Translations under genes and position numbers: made by a program
The notes under the pieces: generated by a model
What the model was told of the DNA's origin: nothing
Seen by the model: the letters and a program-made list of their open reading frames with translations, nothing else
Databases searched by the model: none
Shown: positions 25,791 through 36,600 of the stretch, piece after piece
Layout: every line of letters begins with the position of its first letter
Position numbering within the stretch: position 1 is the first letter of the stretch
Source of the DNA: an uncultured Thiotrichales bacterium
Lineage (GTDB): Bacteria > Pseudomonadota > Gammaproteobacteria > UBA4575
DNA: 64,000 nt
Assembly: GCA_964614915.1 (NCBI GenBank)
Contig: CAZTNC010000011.1
Span: forward strand, 280,705-344,704
Direction of reading: 5' to 3'

Positions 25791-26876
25791 TCAGGTCTCG
25801 CAAAATTCCTGCAGCGTCTCTTTCAGGGTCGATGCCGGAAACTCGCCGGTGAGCACGGCCTCGCCAATGTCCCTGAGCAGCACCAGGTGCAACTGGCCCG
25901 CACGTGCCTTCTTGTCACGCACCATGTGTTCTAGGAAAGACTCTGCCTGCAGGGCTTCGGGCGGGGCACTGGGCAGTTGTGCGCGTGCCAGCAACGCCTG
26001 GATGCGCTCACCAGCCTCCTCGTTGAGCCAGCCCAGCCGGATCGACATCCGCGCGGCCATCAGCATGCCACAGGCGACTGCTTCGCCATGCAGCCACTGT
26101 CCGTAGCCGAGCGCCGTTTCGATGGCATGACCGAAGGTATGCCCGAGATTGAGTAACGCGCGTGCTCCGGAGATTTCCAGCTCGTCCTTGGCTACAATCT
26201 CGGCCTTGTTCTTGCAGGAGCGGTGCACGGCATAAGTCAGGGCCTCGGCGTCACGGGCCAGCAACTGCTCGACGTTGTCTTCTAGCCAAACGAAGAATTC
26301 GGCATCGCGAATGAGCCCGTACTTGATGATTTCGGCGATCCCCGCCCGCAGTTCTCGGTCCTCGAGGGTGGACAGGCACTCCAAGTCGGCGATCACGCAT
26401 TGCGGCTGGTAGAAGGCACCGATCATGTTTTTGCCCAGTGTGTGGTTGACGCCGGTCTTGCCGCCTACCGAGGAATCCACCTGGGCAAGCAGCGTGGTCG
26501 GAATCTGGATGAAGTCCACGCCGCGCAAATAGGTGGCCGCAGCAAAGCCCGTAATGTCGCCGATCACTCCGCCCCCGAGGGCCACCAGCGTCGTATCACG
26601 CCCGCAGCGGTTCTCCAGCAGGCAGGTATACACCCGCTCCAGGGTTTGCAGGGACTTGGTCGTCTCGCCGTCTGGAAGCACGAGGTGCAGGACGCGATTC
26701 GGTTCAAGCTGTTGGCACACGGTCTCCAGGTACAGCGGCGCCACCTGCTCGTTGCTCAGAACGAACACGCGGCTACCGCGGATATGCTCTTTCAGGTAAC
26801 GGGATTGGCCAAGCAGACCGGCTCCAATGTAGATTGGATACCCGCGCGTGCCTAGTTGTACTTCAAATTGAATCAT
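25791..26876 (-). CDS. aroB: 3-dehydroquinate synthase
   Basis: NAD-binding and metal-site motifs of AroB (GGGVIGDITGFAAATYLRG, LNLGHTFGHAIE). aroK-aroB operon arrangement. Confidence 0.9.
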   Translation of the reverse strand: MIQFEVQLGTRGYPIYIGAGLLGQSRYLKEHIRGSRVFVLSNEQVAPLYLETVCQQLEPNRVLHLVLPDGETTKSLQTLERVYTCLLENRCGRDTTLVALGGGVIGDITGFAAATYLRGVDFIQIPTTLLAQVDSSVGGKTGVNHTLGKNMIGAFYQPQCVIADLECLSTLEDRELRAGIAEIIKYGLIRDAEFFVWLEDNVEQLLARDAEALTYAVHRSCKNKAEIVAKDELEISGARALLNLGHTFGHAIETALGYGQWLHGEAVACGMLMAARMSIRLGWLNEEAGERIQALLARAQLPSAPPEALQAESFLEHMVRDKKARAGQLHLVLLRDIGEAVLTGEFPASTLKETLQEFCET

Positions 26877-26890
26877 CGTCGGGGAGGAAT

Positions 26891-27460
26891 TCAGGACTCC
26901 GTCGTCAGGCCCAGGAGTTGCAACACCCGGTTGGCTGTCCAGCTCACGGTGCGCCGGTCCGTGTCGATGGTATGGTCCGCGGTTTGCAAATACAAGGGCT
27001 CTCTTTGTTCCAGCAATTCAGCGATGGCCCGGCGCTTGTCCGGCACATTCAGCAAGGGTCGGTGATTGCTGTGCCGGGTCCGCTTGAGGAGCATATCGAT
27101 TGACGCCTTCAGGTAGATGACCGTGCCATGGGTCATCAGAAGATTGCGGGAAGGCGCGGCAAGCACCGCACCACCTCCCGTAGCAAGTACCATGGCTTGC
27201 CGGCGACACAGTTCGCCGATGGCCTTCTCCTCGCGCAGCCTGAAGCCGGCTTCACCCTCGTACTCGAAAATGGTCGCGATATCGACGCCGGTTTTCTCTT
27301 CGATGACCTGGTCGCTGTCATAAAAGGGTCGGTTCAGCTTTTTGGCGAGCTTTCGCCCGACCGACGACTTACCGACCCCCATGGCTCCGATCAGGATGAT
27401 GTGTTCCGCAGTCACGGGCCACAGGGAGGGGTTTGCATCCGGTGGCAGGAAACCGGACAT
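26891..27460 (-). CDS. aroK: Shikimate kinase
   Basis: P-loop LIGAMGVGKSSVGRKLA and DSDQ motif. Start taken at ATG 27460; the tracked ORF extends to 27520. Confidence 0.85.
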   Translation of the reverse strand: MSGFLPPDANPSLWPVTAEHIILIGAMGVGKSSVGRKLAKKLNRPFYDSDQVIEEKTGVDIATIFEYEGEAGFRLREEKAIGELCRRQAMVLATGGGAVLAAPSRNLLMTHGTVIYLKASIDMLLKRTRHSNHRPLLNVPDKRRAIAELLEQREPLYLQTADHTIDTDRRTVSWTANRVLQLLGLTTES

Positions 27461-27647
27461 TTGGCGCAGGAAGTCAAGGTAATCACAGGCGGTTCCATTA
27501 TACACGAGGGGGGTTCGCATACGGAGATGTCCGGCTTGCAGGCACCGGTCCAGCCTCCGAACATGGCCTGGGGTTTACTACCGGGGCCAGCTCGGACTAC
27601 CATAACTTTCGGCTTCTCACAATTCATAAAAACAGAGAATTCATTTC

Positions 27648-30600
27648 GTGAAACCGGATAGCCCGCACGATGCCAAGTTATCTCCCGGTCCCGAGGGAGA
27701 TGTGCGAAAACCAGAGAGCTTGATCTCCAGCCCGCCGATCGCCATCGTGGGCATGGCCTGCCGGTTCCCGGGTGCACCGGACCTTGCAGCTTTCTGGCAC
27801 TTGCTGGACAGCGGAGGAAATGCCATCACGCAGGCAGAGCCCGGTACTGGGGTCGATCGCGTGGATGCATTGTTCCCGGACGATGCGGTGCGCAGCCCGG
27901 CCTGCCAGTTCGGGGGATTCGTGGAAGACATCGACCGCTTCGATGCCGCGTTCTTCCGGATTTCACCCGTCGAAGCCCAGATGCTTGACCCGCAACAGCG
28001 AATGATGCTGGAGACGAGCTGGCATGCACTTGAGGATGCGGGCATCGATCCGGAGTGCCTAAAGGGTAGCCGCACAGGGGTCTATACCGGTATCAGCACG
28101 GACGAGTACCGCATGATGGTGCTGAATTCCGCACGGCCTGAAGAGGCCGCCGGATGCCTCTATGCCCTGAGCGGTACCAACATGAACGGCGCTGCGGGGC
28201 GGGTCTCTTTCATACTGGGATTGATGGGTCCCGCAAAAGCGGTGGATGCTGCCTGCGCTTCTTCGCTGGTTTCCGTACACGATGCAGTCGCTGATCTTCA
28301 GCAAGGCAAGGCAGACCTGGCAATCGCCGGCGGGGTGCATACCATGCTCAACGGCCGTGTATACGAATTGCGGGCGGACTCGATGATGCTGTCCCCGGAT
28401 GGGCAATGCAAGGCTTTTGATGCCTCTGCCAATGGCTACGTGCGAGGCGAAGGGTGCGGTGTGGTAATCCTCAAGCGCCTGAGCGAGGCACAGGCGGCCG
28501 GGGACCGAATCTGGGCCGTGATCCGGGGGGCTGCGGTCAATCATGGCGGTGCCAGTTCGGGGCTCACGGTGCCGAATACGCCGGCACTTGAGGCCGTAAT
28601 CGAGGAGGCCCTGACACACGCGGGAATGTCCGCATCGATGGTGGACTACCTTGAGGCGCACGGCACCGGAACTACGGTGGGCGACCCGATCGAACTCAAT
28701 GCTGCTGCCGTGGCTTACGGCCGAGGGCGCAGGGACGATCGCCCACTCCTGGTAGGCTCGGTCAAGACCAACATCGGTCATCTGGAAGCGGCGGCCGGCG
28801 TGGCCGGGCTGATCAAGGCGGCCCTGGTGGTGCATCGCGGCATGATCCCAATGCACCTGCATTTCCACAACCCGAATCCGAGTCTCGACTGGGATCGCCT
28901 GCCGCTTCGCGTGATTACAGACAATCTGCTGTGGCCGTATGCCACCGATGAGCCGCGCCGCGCCGGTGTGAACTCCTTCGGGATCTCCGGGACGAATGCT
29001 CATATCATTCTTGAACAGTACGGCGCAGGGCCCGCGGTGTCCGAGTCCACACTGCAACCCGTAGGCCTGGCTCAGGCAGTTGCCACAACCTTGCCGCAGA
29101 CTGTAGCGGAGTGTCGCGATCAGGCATTTGTGAAACGTACTTCGCGCCTGTTGCCGCTCTCGGCCAAGAGCGAGCCAGCGCTGCATGCGTTGGCAGAGCG
29201 TTACCTGTCCTGGCTCGATCAACAGCAAGCGGCTCAGCCGGATCCAGCCACGGAGGATGAGCAGCTGGCCAATCTTGCCTGGACGGCTTCGATCGGGCGC
29301 AGCCACTTCGATTACCGCGCAGGCCTGGCATTCACCGACGTGGCTTCCTTGCAGCAGCAGTTGAAGAAGTTGGTAAAGGCAGATGGACTGACCCATACAC
29401 GCTCACTGAAGGTCGCATTTGCCTACACCGGACAAGGCAGTCAGTGGCCGGGTATGGGTCAAGTACTTTATGAGCGTGAACCAGTGGTGCGGGCTGTACT
29501 GGACCGTTGCGAGAGCGTGTTTTTCGAGCAGCGGGGCGCCTTGCTTCTGGATGTGATGTTCAATCGCCCGGGTGCTCGTGGTGCCCTGGAAGATACCGCT
29601 TGGGAGCAGCCAGCGCTGTATGCACTCGAATGTGCGTTGACTGCTCTTTGGGCCAGCCTCGGGGTTCGCCCTGCCATTGTGTTAGGACATAGTGTCGGCG
29701 AGCTTGCAGCCGCGCAGGCCGCAGGCGTGTTCAGCCTTGAAGACGGAATGCGGTTTGCCGAAGCCAGGGGCCGACTGCTCTCCCGAACCGCAGAAGGCGC
29801 TATGGCCGCAGTGTTTGCGCCGGCACAACAGGTGGTTTCCGCCGTCGCCAAGCGAAACAAGGAAACGGATGGGGACGCGCTTTGCATCTCAGGCTATAAC
29901 GGCCTTCATCAGGTGATCAGCGGTCCGATTCCGGAAGTGCAATGCCTTCTTGAGCGTTTCGATTCTGAAGGTATTCGCACCCGGCGGTTGAACACGGCCC
30001 GAGCCTTTCACAGTGCCCTGGTGGAGCCGGTTCTCGATGACTTGGAGGCCTCCCTGGAGGGTGTGGCATTCGAGTCGCCTTCTGTGGAAGTGATCAGCAA
30101 TCTGACCGGTGTGGCTGTGGGACCTGGCGAAACACTGGATGCGAAATACTGGAGACGTCATGCGCGCGAGGCAGTCGCCTTTGCCGAGGGGGTTTGCACC
30201 TTGTCCGGCCTTGACGTGGACCTGGTAGTGGAAATCGGCCCGGGCAAAATCCTGGCACCGATGCTGGCCTCGGCTTGGCCGGACTCGACGCGGACTGCAC
30301 CCCCTGGCATATCGAGTCTTCAGGCGCCCTCGGCCTCAGCACCAGAACCAAATTCAGATGCAGGATTTCTACAGGCGGTCGCGAAGGTCTACGAGGCCGG
30401 ACTGCCTGTTCATTTTGAGGGACTTTTTGCAGGCGAGTTACGTGCCAGGATTTCACTGCCTCAATATCCGTTCCAGCGAGAGCGCCACTGGATGGAAACT
30501 CCGCGCAAGCACCGGCGTGAAAAGGGTCACCCGCTACTCGGGGTCCGGCACGAATCGGCCACTGGCGGGATTACATACGAGACACAGTTGTACGCCACCG

Positions 30601-33600
30601 ATCCGGCCTGGCTGGGGGATCACCGGGTATTCGAGCGCATCGTGGTCCCCGGTGCGGTCTATGGCGCGATGGCGGCTCTGGCCTCCCTGGCCGAGGGTGC
30701 TCCACATGCCACGGTGGGGGATATGCAGCTGCACAATGCGATGATCGTCCCGGAAGCGGCCCCTGACGATGGCATGGCAGAACCGGGTGCGACCCTGCAG
30801 CTCATGCTGGGCGAGGAGGAAGTCGGTGCACGGCCTATGCGTGTGTTCAGCAAGGGCGATGAAGGAGACTGGATCCTGCATGCGGAAGGACGCATTGGAA
30901 CAGGTGCCTCCTCCCCCCAGGCACCGGAGCGAATCGACCTTCAGGCACTGGCAGAAAACCTGTCCGTGATGGAGGTGTCGGACTATTACCGTGCCCGGGC
31001 TGAAACAGGAATTGGACTGGGTCCGTCGTTTCGAACGCTGACCAAGATTTGGGCTGCACCCGGTGAAGCCCTGGCAGAGGTGTCGGTCCCGGAAGACCTG
31101 GGCGGTACCGGACTGGGCGTGCATCCACTGGTACTTGACGGCTGCTTCCAGGTCGTGGGTGCGGCACGGGGCCTTGGCGGGATGCAGGGCTCAACGACCT
31201 ACCTGCCCTTCGGCTGGGAGCAGCTATGGCTGGCCGGTCCGCTTCCCCAAAAGGTGTTCTGCCATGTGCGCATGAATGCTGCGGCTGTGCAATCCGAGGA
31301 AGCCCCTGCCGAGGCACCCGAGGTGCAAAGTGGTGAGGTGTACATTTACGATGCCAACGGGATGCTGATCGGTGGCTTGAGCGGCTACACCGTGAAGCGG
31401 GCCGAGCGCTCGGCGATGCTTTCAGCATTGGAAGGTACTGATGATTTGCTGTACGAGGTGGTATGGCGTGAATGCGCTCTTGCCTCTGGACTGGAAGCTG
31501 CGGACTTCTTCCCCGAACCGGCTTCGGTCAAGGATAGTACCCGACTGTTCTCCGAGTATCTGAAGGATGCCGGGGTAGGGCCCGAAGACCGGGACGCCCT
31601 GCTTTCGGAACTCGAGCACTGGTCATGGGCCTATGCGCTCGCGAACCTGGACCGGTTGGGATGGCAGCGTGTGGCCGGCGAAACCGTCGACCCGGATGCA
31701 TTGCGCCAGCAACTGAACGTGAGCGCAGATCACAGGCGTTTGTTTCGCCGAATGCTCGAGATGCTGACCCGGTGCGAGGTGCTGGAAGAGATCGATGACG
31801 GCTTTCTCGTGTTGTCGGGGTCCAAGGATGCGTGGCCAAAGGGGCTTGTCGAGGATCCTGAGGCCCATGCGGAAACAATGGCCGAGCGGTTTCCCCATGG
31901 GCTGACCGAGGTCGGATTATTTCGGCGCTCCGGAAGCGCATTGGCTGATGTTCTGCGGGGTCAGGCCGATCCCCTGACACTGTTGTTCAGCAGTGGCGAG
32001 CCTACTGCAGCCGACCTGTATCTTCGAGCTCCGGTAGCCCGTGCAGCCAACCGAATGCTTGGTGAAGCGGTCCGTACGCTTGTCGGTGCGCTTCCTGCCG
32101 GGCGGCGTCTGCGGGTGATCGAGGTGGGTGCGGGTACGGGTTCGGCGACGGCATCCGTGTTGCCGGAACTGCCGCAGGGACAGTTCGAATACACCTATAC
32201 GGATATCTCGGCGGGCTTTTTCGCAGAAGCGGAGGCACGCTTTGGGGACGGCGGTGGCCACATTGATTATCGACCGCTGGATATCGAGAAAGACCCTCAG
32301 GATCAGGGCTTCGAGGTGCACGGCTATGATTTGCTGATCGCATCCAACGTACTTCATGCGACACGCCTGTTGCCAGAGACGCTGGCCCACTGCCTGAAGC
32401 TCCTCGCCCCTTCCGGACAGTTGATCGCACTTGAGAACCTTCGCGGCCAGGGTTGGATGGACCTGACTTTCGGACAACTGGATGGCTGGTGGCGCTTCGC
32501 CGATGACTACCGCCCACACCATGCGCTGGCCAACCCTGCGGTGTGGCGTCAGGCACTTGGTGATGCCGGTTTTGATGCGATCGAGATTCTGGGCGTGGAC
32601 GAGTCGGAGACAGCCAAACTTCCGGATCGGGGTGTAATTGTGGCCCGTGGCCCCGCCCGGGTGCATGAAGCTCCGGGCATGTGGGTTCTGATGGCGGATG
32701 AGGGTGGGACCGCTACACATCTAGCGCACGAGCTTGCAGATCGCAATCAGACGGTCGTGCTGGCAGGTCCCGGTTTTGACAAGGCTGCCGATTTCAAGGT
32801 ATCCGGCGCCGGTGTGCATGAGGTGTACGTGGATGCGATACGGCGCGAGACTTGGCAGCAACTTGTGGAGCACCTGCCAGGCGACCTGCCCTTCAGCGGG
32901 GTGGTGCATTTTGCAGGACTCGACGGGCATGGCATGCAGGCGAGTACCGCAGAAATTGCAGAGGATGTCGAGCGCACGGGGGCGAGCGCACTGGCCCTGG
33001 TGCAGGGCGTGGCTGATTCGGTCCGTGAGCCTGCCAAGGGCATCTGGTTAATCACGCGGGGTGCACAGATTCTGGAGCGAGAACGCGGCGGGGAACTTGC
33101 CGGTGCGATCCTGTGGGGTTTCGGCAAGGCCGTGGACCGCGAGGCGGCGCACCTGCAACCGCGGATGATCGACCTTGACCCGCAACCCGAAGCCTCACCA
33201 CCCGATCTGGCCAATGAACTGCTGTATCCTGATGTCGAAAACCACATTGCCTATCGCTTGGGTCGACGGCAGGTCGCGCGCCTGGTCCGCTTTGCGGATG
33301 GGCCAGCGCGCCTGGCACTGCCGAAGACGCCGGACTGGGTGCTGGCACCGGATCCAGGCGGCACATTCGATCGCCCCTGCGTGCAGTCCCTGGCTGCGCG
33401 CCCGCTGGAACCCAGGGAAGTGCGTGTCGAGGTCGATGCTGCGGGTCTGAACTTCTGGGATGTGTTCCGCTCCCTCGGGTTTATTGAGGAGGGATTGCTT
33501 GGCCGGGAGATGTGCGGACGTGTCATCGAGACCGGCTCCGAAGTGAGCAGCGCGATTACCGGTAAGCGCGTGATTGGACTTGGCTTCGGCGCCTTTGGTC

Positions 33601-36600
33601 CGCAGATGATCACGCGAGAGGAACTCGTCTCTGCTGCCCCTTCGGGGTATTCGGTCACCGAACTGGCGACGGTGCCGAGCGCGTATGTCTCCGCGGCGCT
33701 CTCCTATGAACTTTCCGGACTGCAGGCCGGCGAGCGCGTATTGATTCATGCCGGTGCCGGCGGGGTGGGCCTTGCGGCCATCCAGCTTGCCCAGGCCGCA
33801 GGGGCCGAAGTATTCGCCACAGCAAGCATTCCCAAACAGGTATACCTCAGATCACTGGGAGTGAAGCATCTGTTTGACAGTCGCACGACCGCCTTCGGGG
33901 AACAGATCCTCGAAGTGACCGGTGGAGCCGGCGTGGACGTGGTGCTGAATAGCCTGACGAGCGAGGGATTTATTGATGCCAGCCTGTCCTGCCTGCGCCA
34001 GGGAGGCCGGTTCGTGGAACTGGCCCGCAGGGACATCCTGAGTCCAGAGGAGATGGCAGCGGTGCGCCCGGATGTGGGTTATGACATTCTGGAACTCGAT
34101 GTCTTGAAAAAGACGGATCCGGCGTGGGTCGGGCGGGTGTTGGACGATGTTACGAGACAGCTCGCTTCAGGCGAAATCGGGCCGATCGTGCACAGCCGGT
34201 GGCCTCTGGCTGAAGCGGGAGCTGCCTTGCGGTTCATGCGGTCTGCCCGTCATCTGGGAAAGATTGTTGTCACGGCACCGCCGCTGGCGACAGGCAGGCT
34301 GCGCCAGGACGCCACCTACCTTGTAACCGGTGGGCTGGGCGGTATCGGCCTTGCCGTGGCTGACTGGCTGGTCGGGCAGGGTGCCGGGACCCTTGTGCTG
34401 AATGGACGCCGCAGCCCGGATGCCGAGGCCGAGGCCGCGATCCAGGAGCTTCGCGAACGCGGGGCATCGATCCACGTAGAGATTGCGGATGTGACGGATG
34501 CCGCGGCAATGGACCGGATGATGTCGCGCATCGACCAGGAATTGCCGCCCCTGGCCGGTGTGATTCACAGTGTCGGGGTGCTGTCGGATGGTGCTCTGAC
34601 AAACCAGAACTGGGAGCGATTCGAACAGGTGCTGTGGCCAAAGATCCTGGGCGCCTGGCACCTGCACCGCTCAACGCTGGATCGTGACCTCGACTTCTTC
34701 ATTCTTTTTTCAAGCCGTGTTGGTGTGATGGGGAATCCGGGTCAGGCGAACCACGCTGCAGCCAATGCCTTTCTGGACCAGTTGGCCGGTCATCGCCGCG
34801 CTCTTGGGCTTGCCGGGCAGGCGATTGCCTGGGGTGCGTGGTCCGAGATCGGCGAAGCTGCGGAGCAAAAAGACCGCATCGAACGCCAGCGCTCTGCACT
34901 GGGCGGGCGCTGGTTCACTCCGCAGCAAGGTCTCAAGGCCCTTGAACGGCTGGTACGCCAGGATGTTACGACCTCCGTGGTGATGTCGATGGACTGGTCC
35001 GTGTTTGAAAAGGCTGTTGGTGCGCGACCTCCGTTTCTTGAGGAGATGCTTGTGACGGACGACGAGACCGAAGCCGGTGCTGTGGCCTCGTCGGCCGATG
35101 TGATGGCCCGACTGCAGCAAACCCCGGCCTCTGAACGGGGCCGCCTGCTAGAGTCGTATCTGCAGGGAGAGGTGCAGGCGGTGCTGCGCTTGCCTTCGGC
35201 TCCGGAGCCCGCCGTCGGATTTTTCGACCTCGGTATGGATTCCCTGATGGCCGTAGAACTGCGAAACCGTCTGAACCGGGCCTTCTCGGATGAGTACACT
35301 GCCTCCAACACGGTGGTGTTCGACTACCCGGACATCATCTCGCTGGCCCGCCACCTGTCCGAGGAACTGGGTGAAGTCGAGGAGGCCCCCGCACCCCAGC
35401 CCCAGCCAGCACCGGTGTCTGCATCCGAAGATGCAACGACCGAGGGCGGCATTGCGATTATCGGCATGGCCTGCCGGTTCCCGGGTGCCCGCAATCTTTC
35501 CGAATTCTGGCAGATCCTCGATGAGGGCCGCGAAACCGTGAGTGACCGGCGCGAGGACACTGGTTCGTGGGACGGGGTGTTGGGAGATCCTGCCAAGCCC
35601 GATGACGGCTACCAGCGTGGCGGGTTCATCGAGGGGATCGATCGCTTCGATGCTCGTTTTTTCGGCATTCGGCCGATCGAAGCCCACGCCATGGATCCGC
35701 AGCAGCGGATGCTGCTCGAGACGAGCTGGCACGCCCTTGAGGATGCCGGTATTGATCCTGAGCGTTTGCGAGGCAGTCCCACCGGAGTTTATGCCGGCAT
35801 TGCCTCCAGCGAATACCGGGACTTGATGGTGGACAGTGGCGGCCCCAGCTATCTAGGCACAGCAGGAAGTATGGCGGTCGGGCGTGTCTCGTTTTGCCTG
35901 GGCCTGGAAGGACCGACCATGCCGGTCATGCTCAACTGCGCTTCATCTCTGGTTGCCATACATCATGCCGTAGTGAGCTTGCGCCAGGGCGAGGCGGACT
36001 TGGCGTTGGCTGGCGGAGTCAACGCGATCCTTTCGAACGGGCTGACCCGTGAACTCGCTGAACTCGGGATGCTGTCGCGTGATGGACGATGCAAGACGTT
36101 CAATGCCTCGGCGGACGGGTTTGTACGCAGTGAAGGTTGCGGAATGGTTGTCCTCAAGCGCCTGAGCGAGGCGCAGGCGGATGGCGATCGAATCTGGGGC
36201 GTGATCCGTGGCTCGGCTATCAACCACAGTGGGGCGAGTGCAGGGCCCACTGTGCCCACGGGTCCAACGAAGGAACGGGTCATCGAGGAGGCGCTTGCCG
36301 GGACAGGTGTCTCGCCACACGAAGTGGACTATCTTGAGGCGCACGGAGGTGGCTCGGAGTTGGGTGATTCAATTGAGGTCAATGCTTCTGCAAGGGTCTA
36401 TGGGCGAGGGCGCGAGGCAGAGGATCCCCTGTTGATTGGTTCGGTGAAAACGAACCTCGGACACCTGGAATCCGCTGCCGGCATTGCAGCACTCATCAAG
36501 ACGGTGTTGGCAATGGATCGGCGCAGGATCCCTCAACACCTGCATTTTCATGACCCGAACCCGCACATGGACTGGGAGCAGTTACCGGTGAAGGTGGTCT

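Noticed and set aside
28059-29396. 445-aa minus-strand ORF inside KS1 of the PKS, plus many other 60-200-aa antisense ORFs across 27.6-37.3 kb
   Set aside because: The plus frame carries a continuous, motif-perfect PKS domain series. The antisense ORFs are GC-driven.
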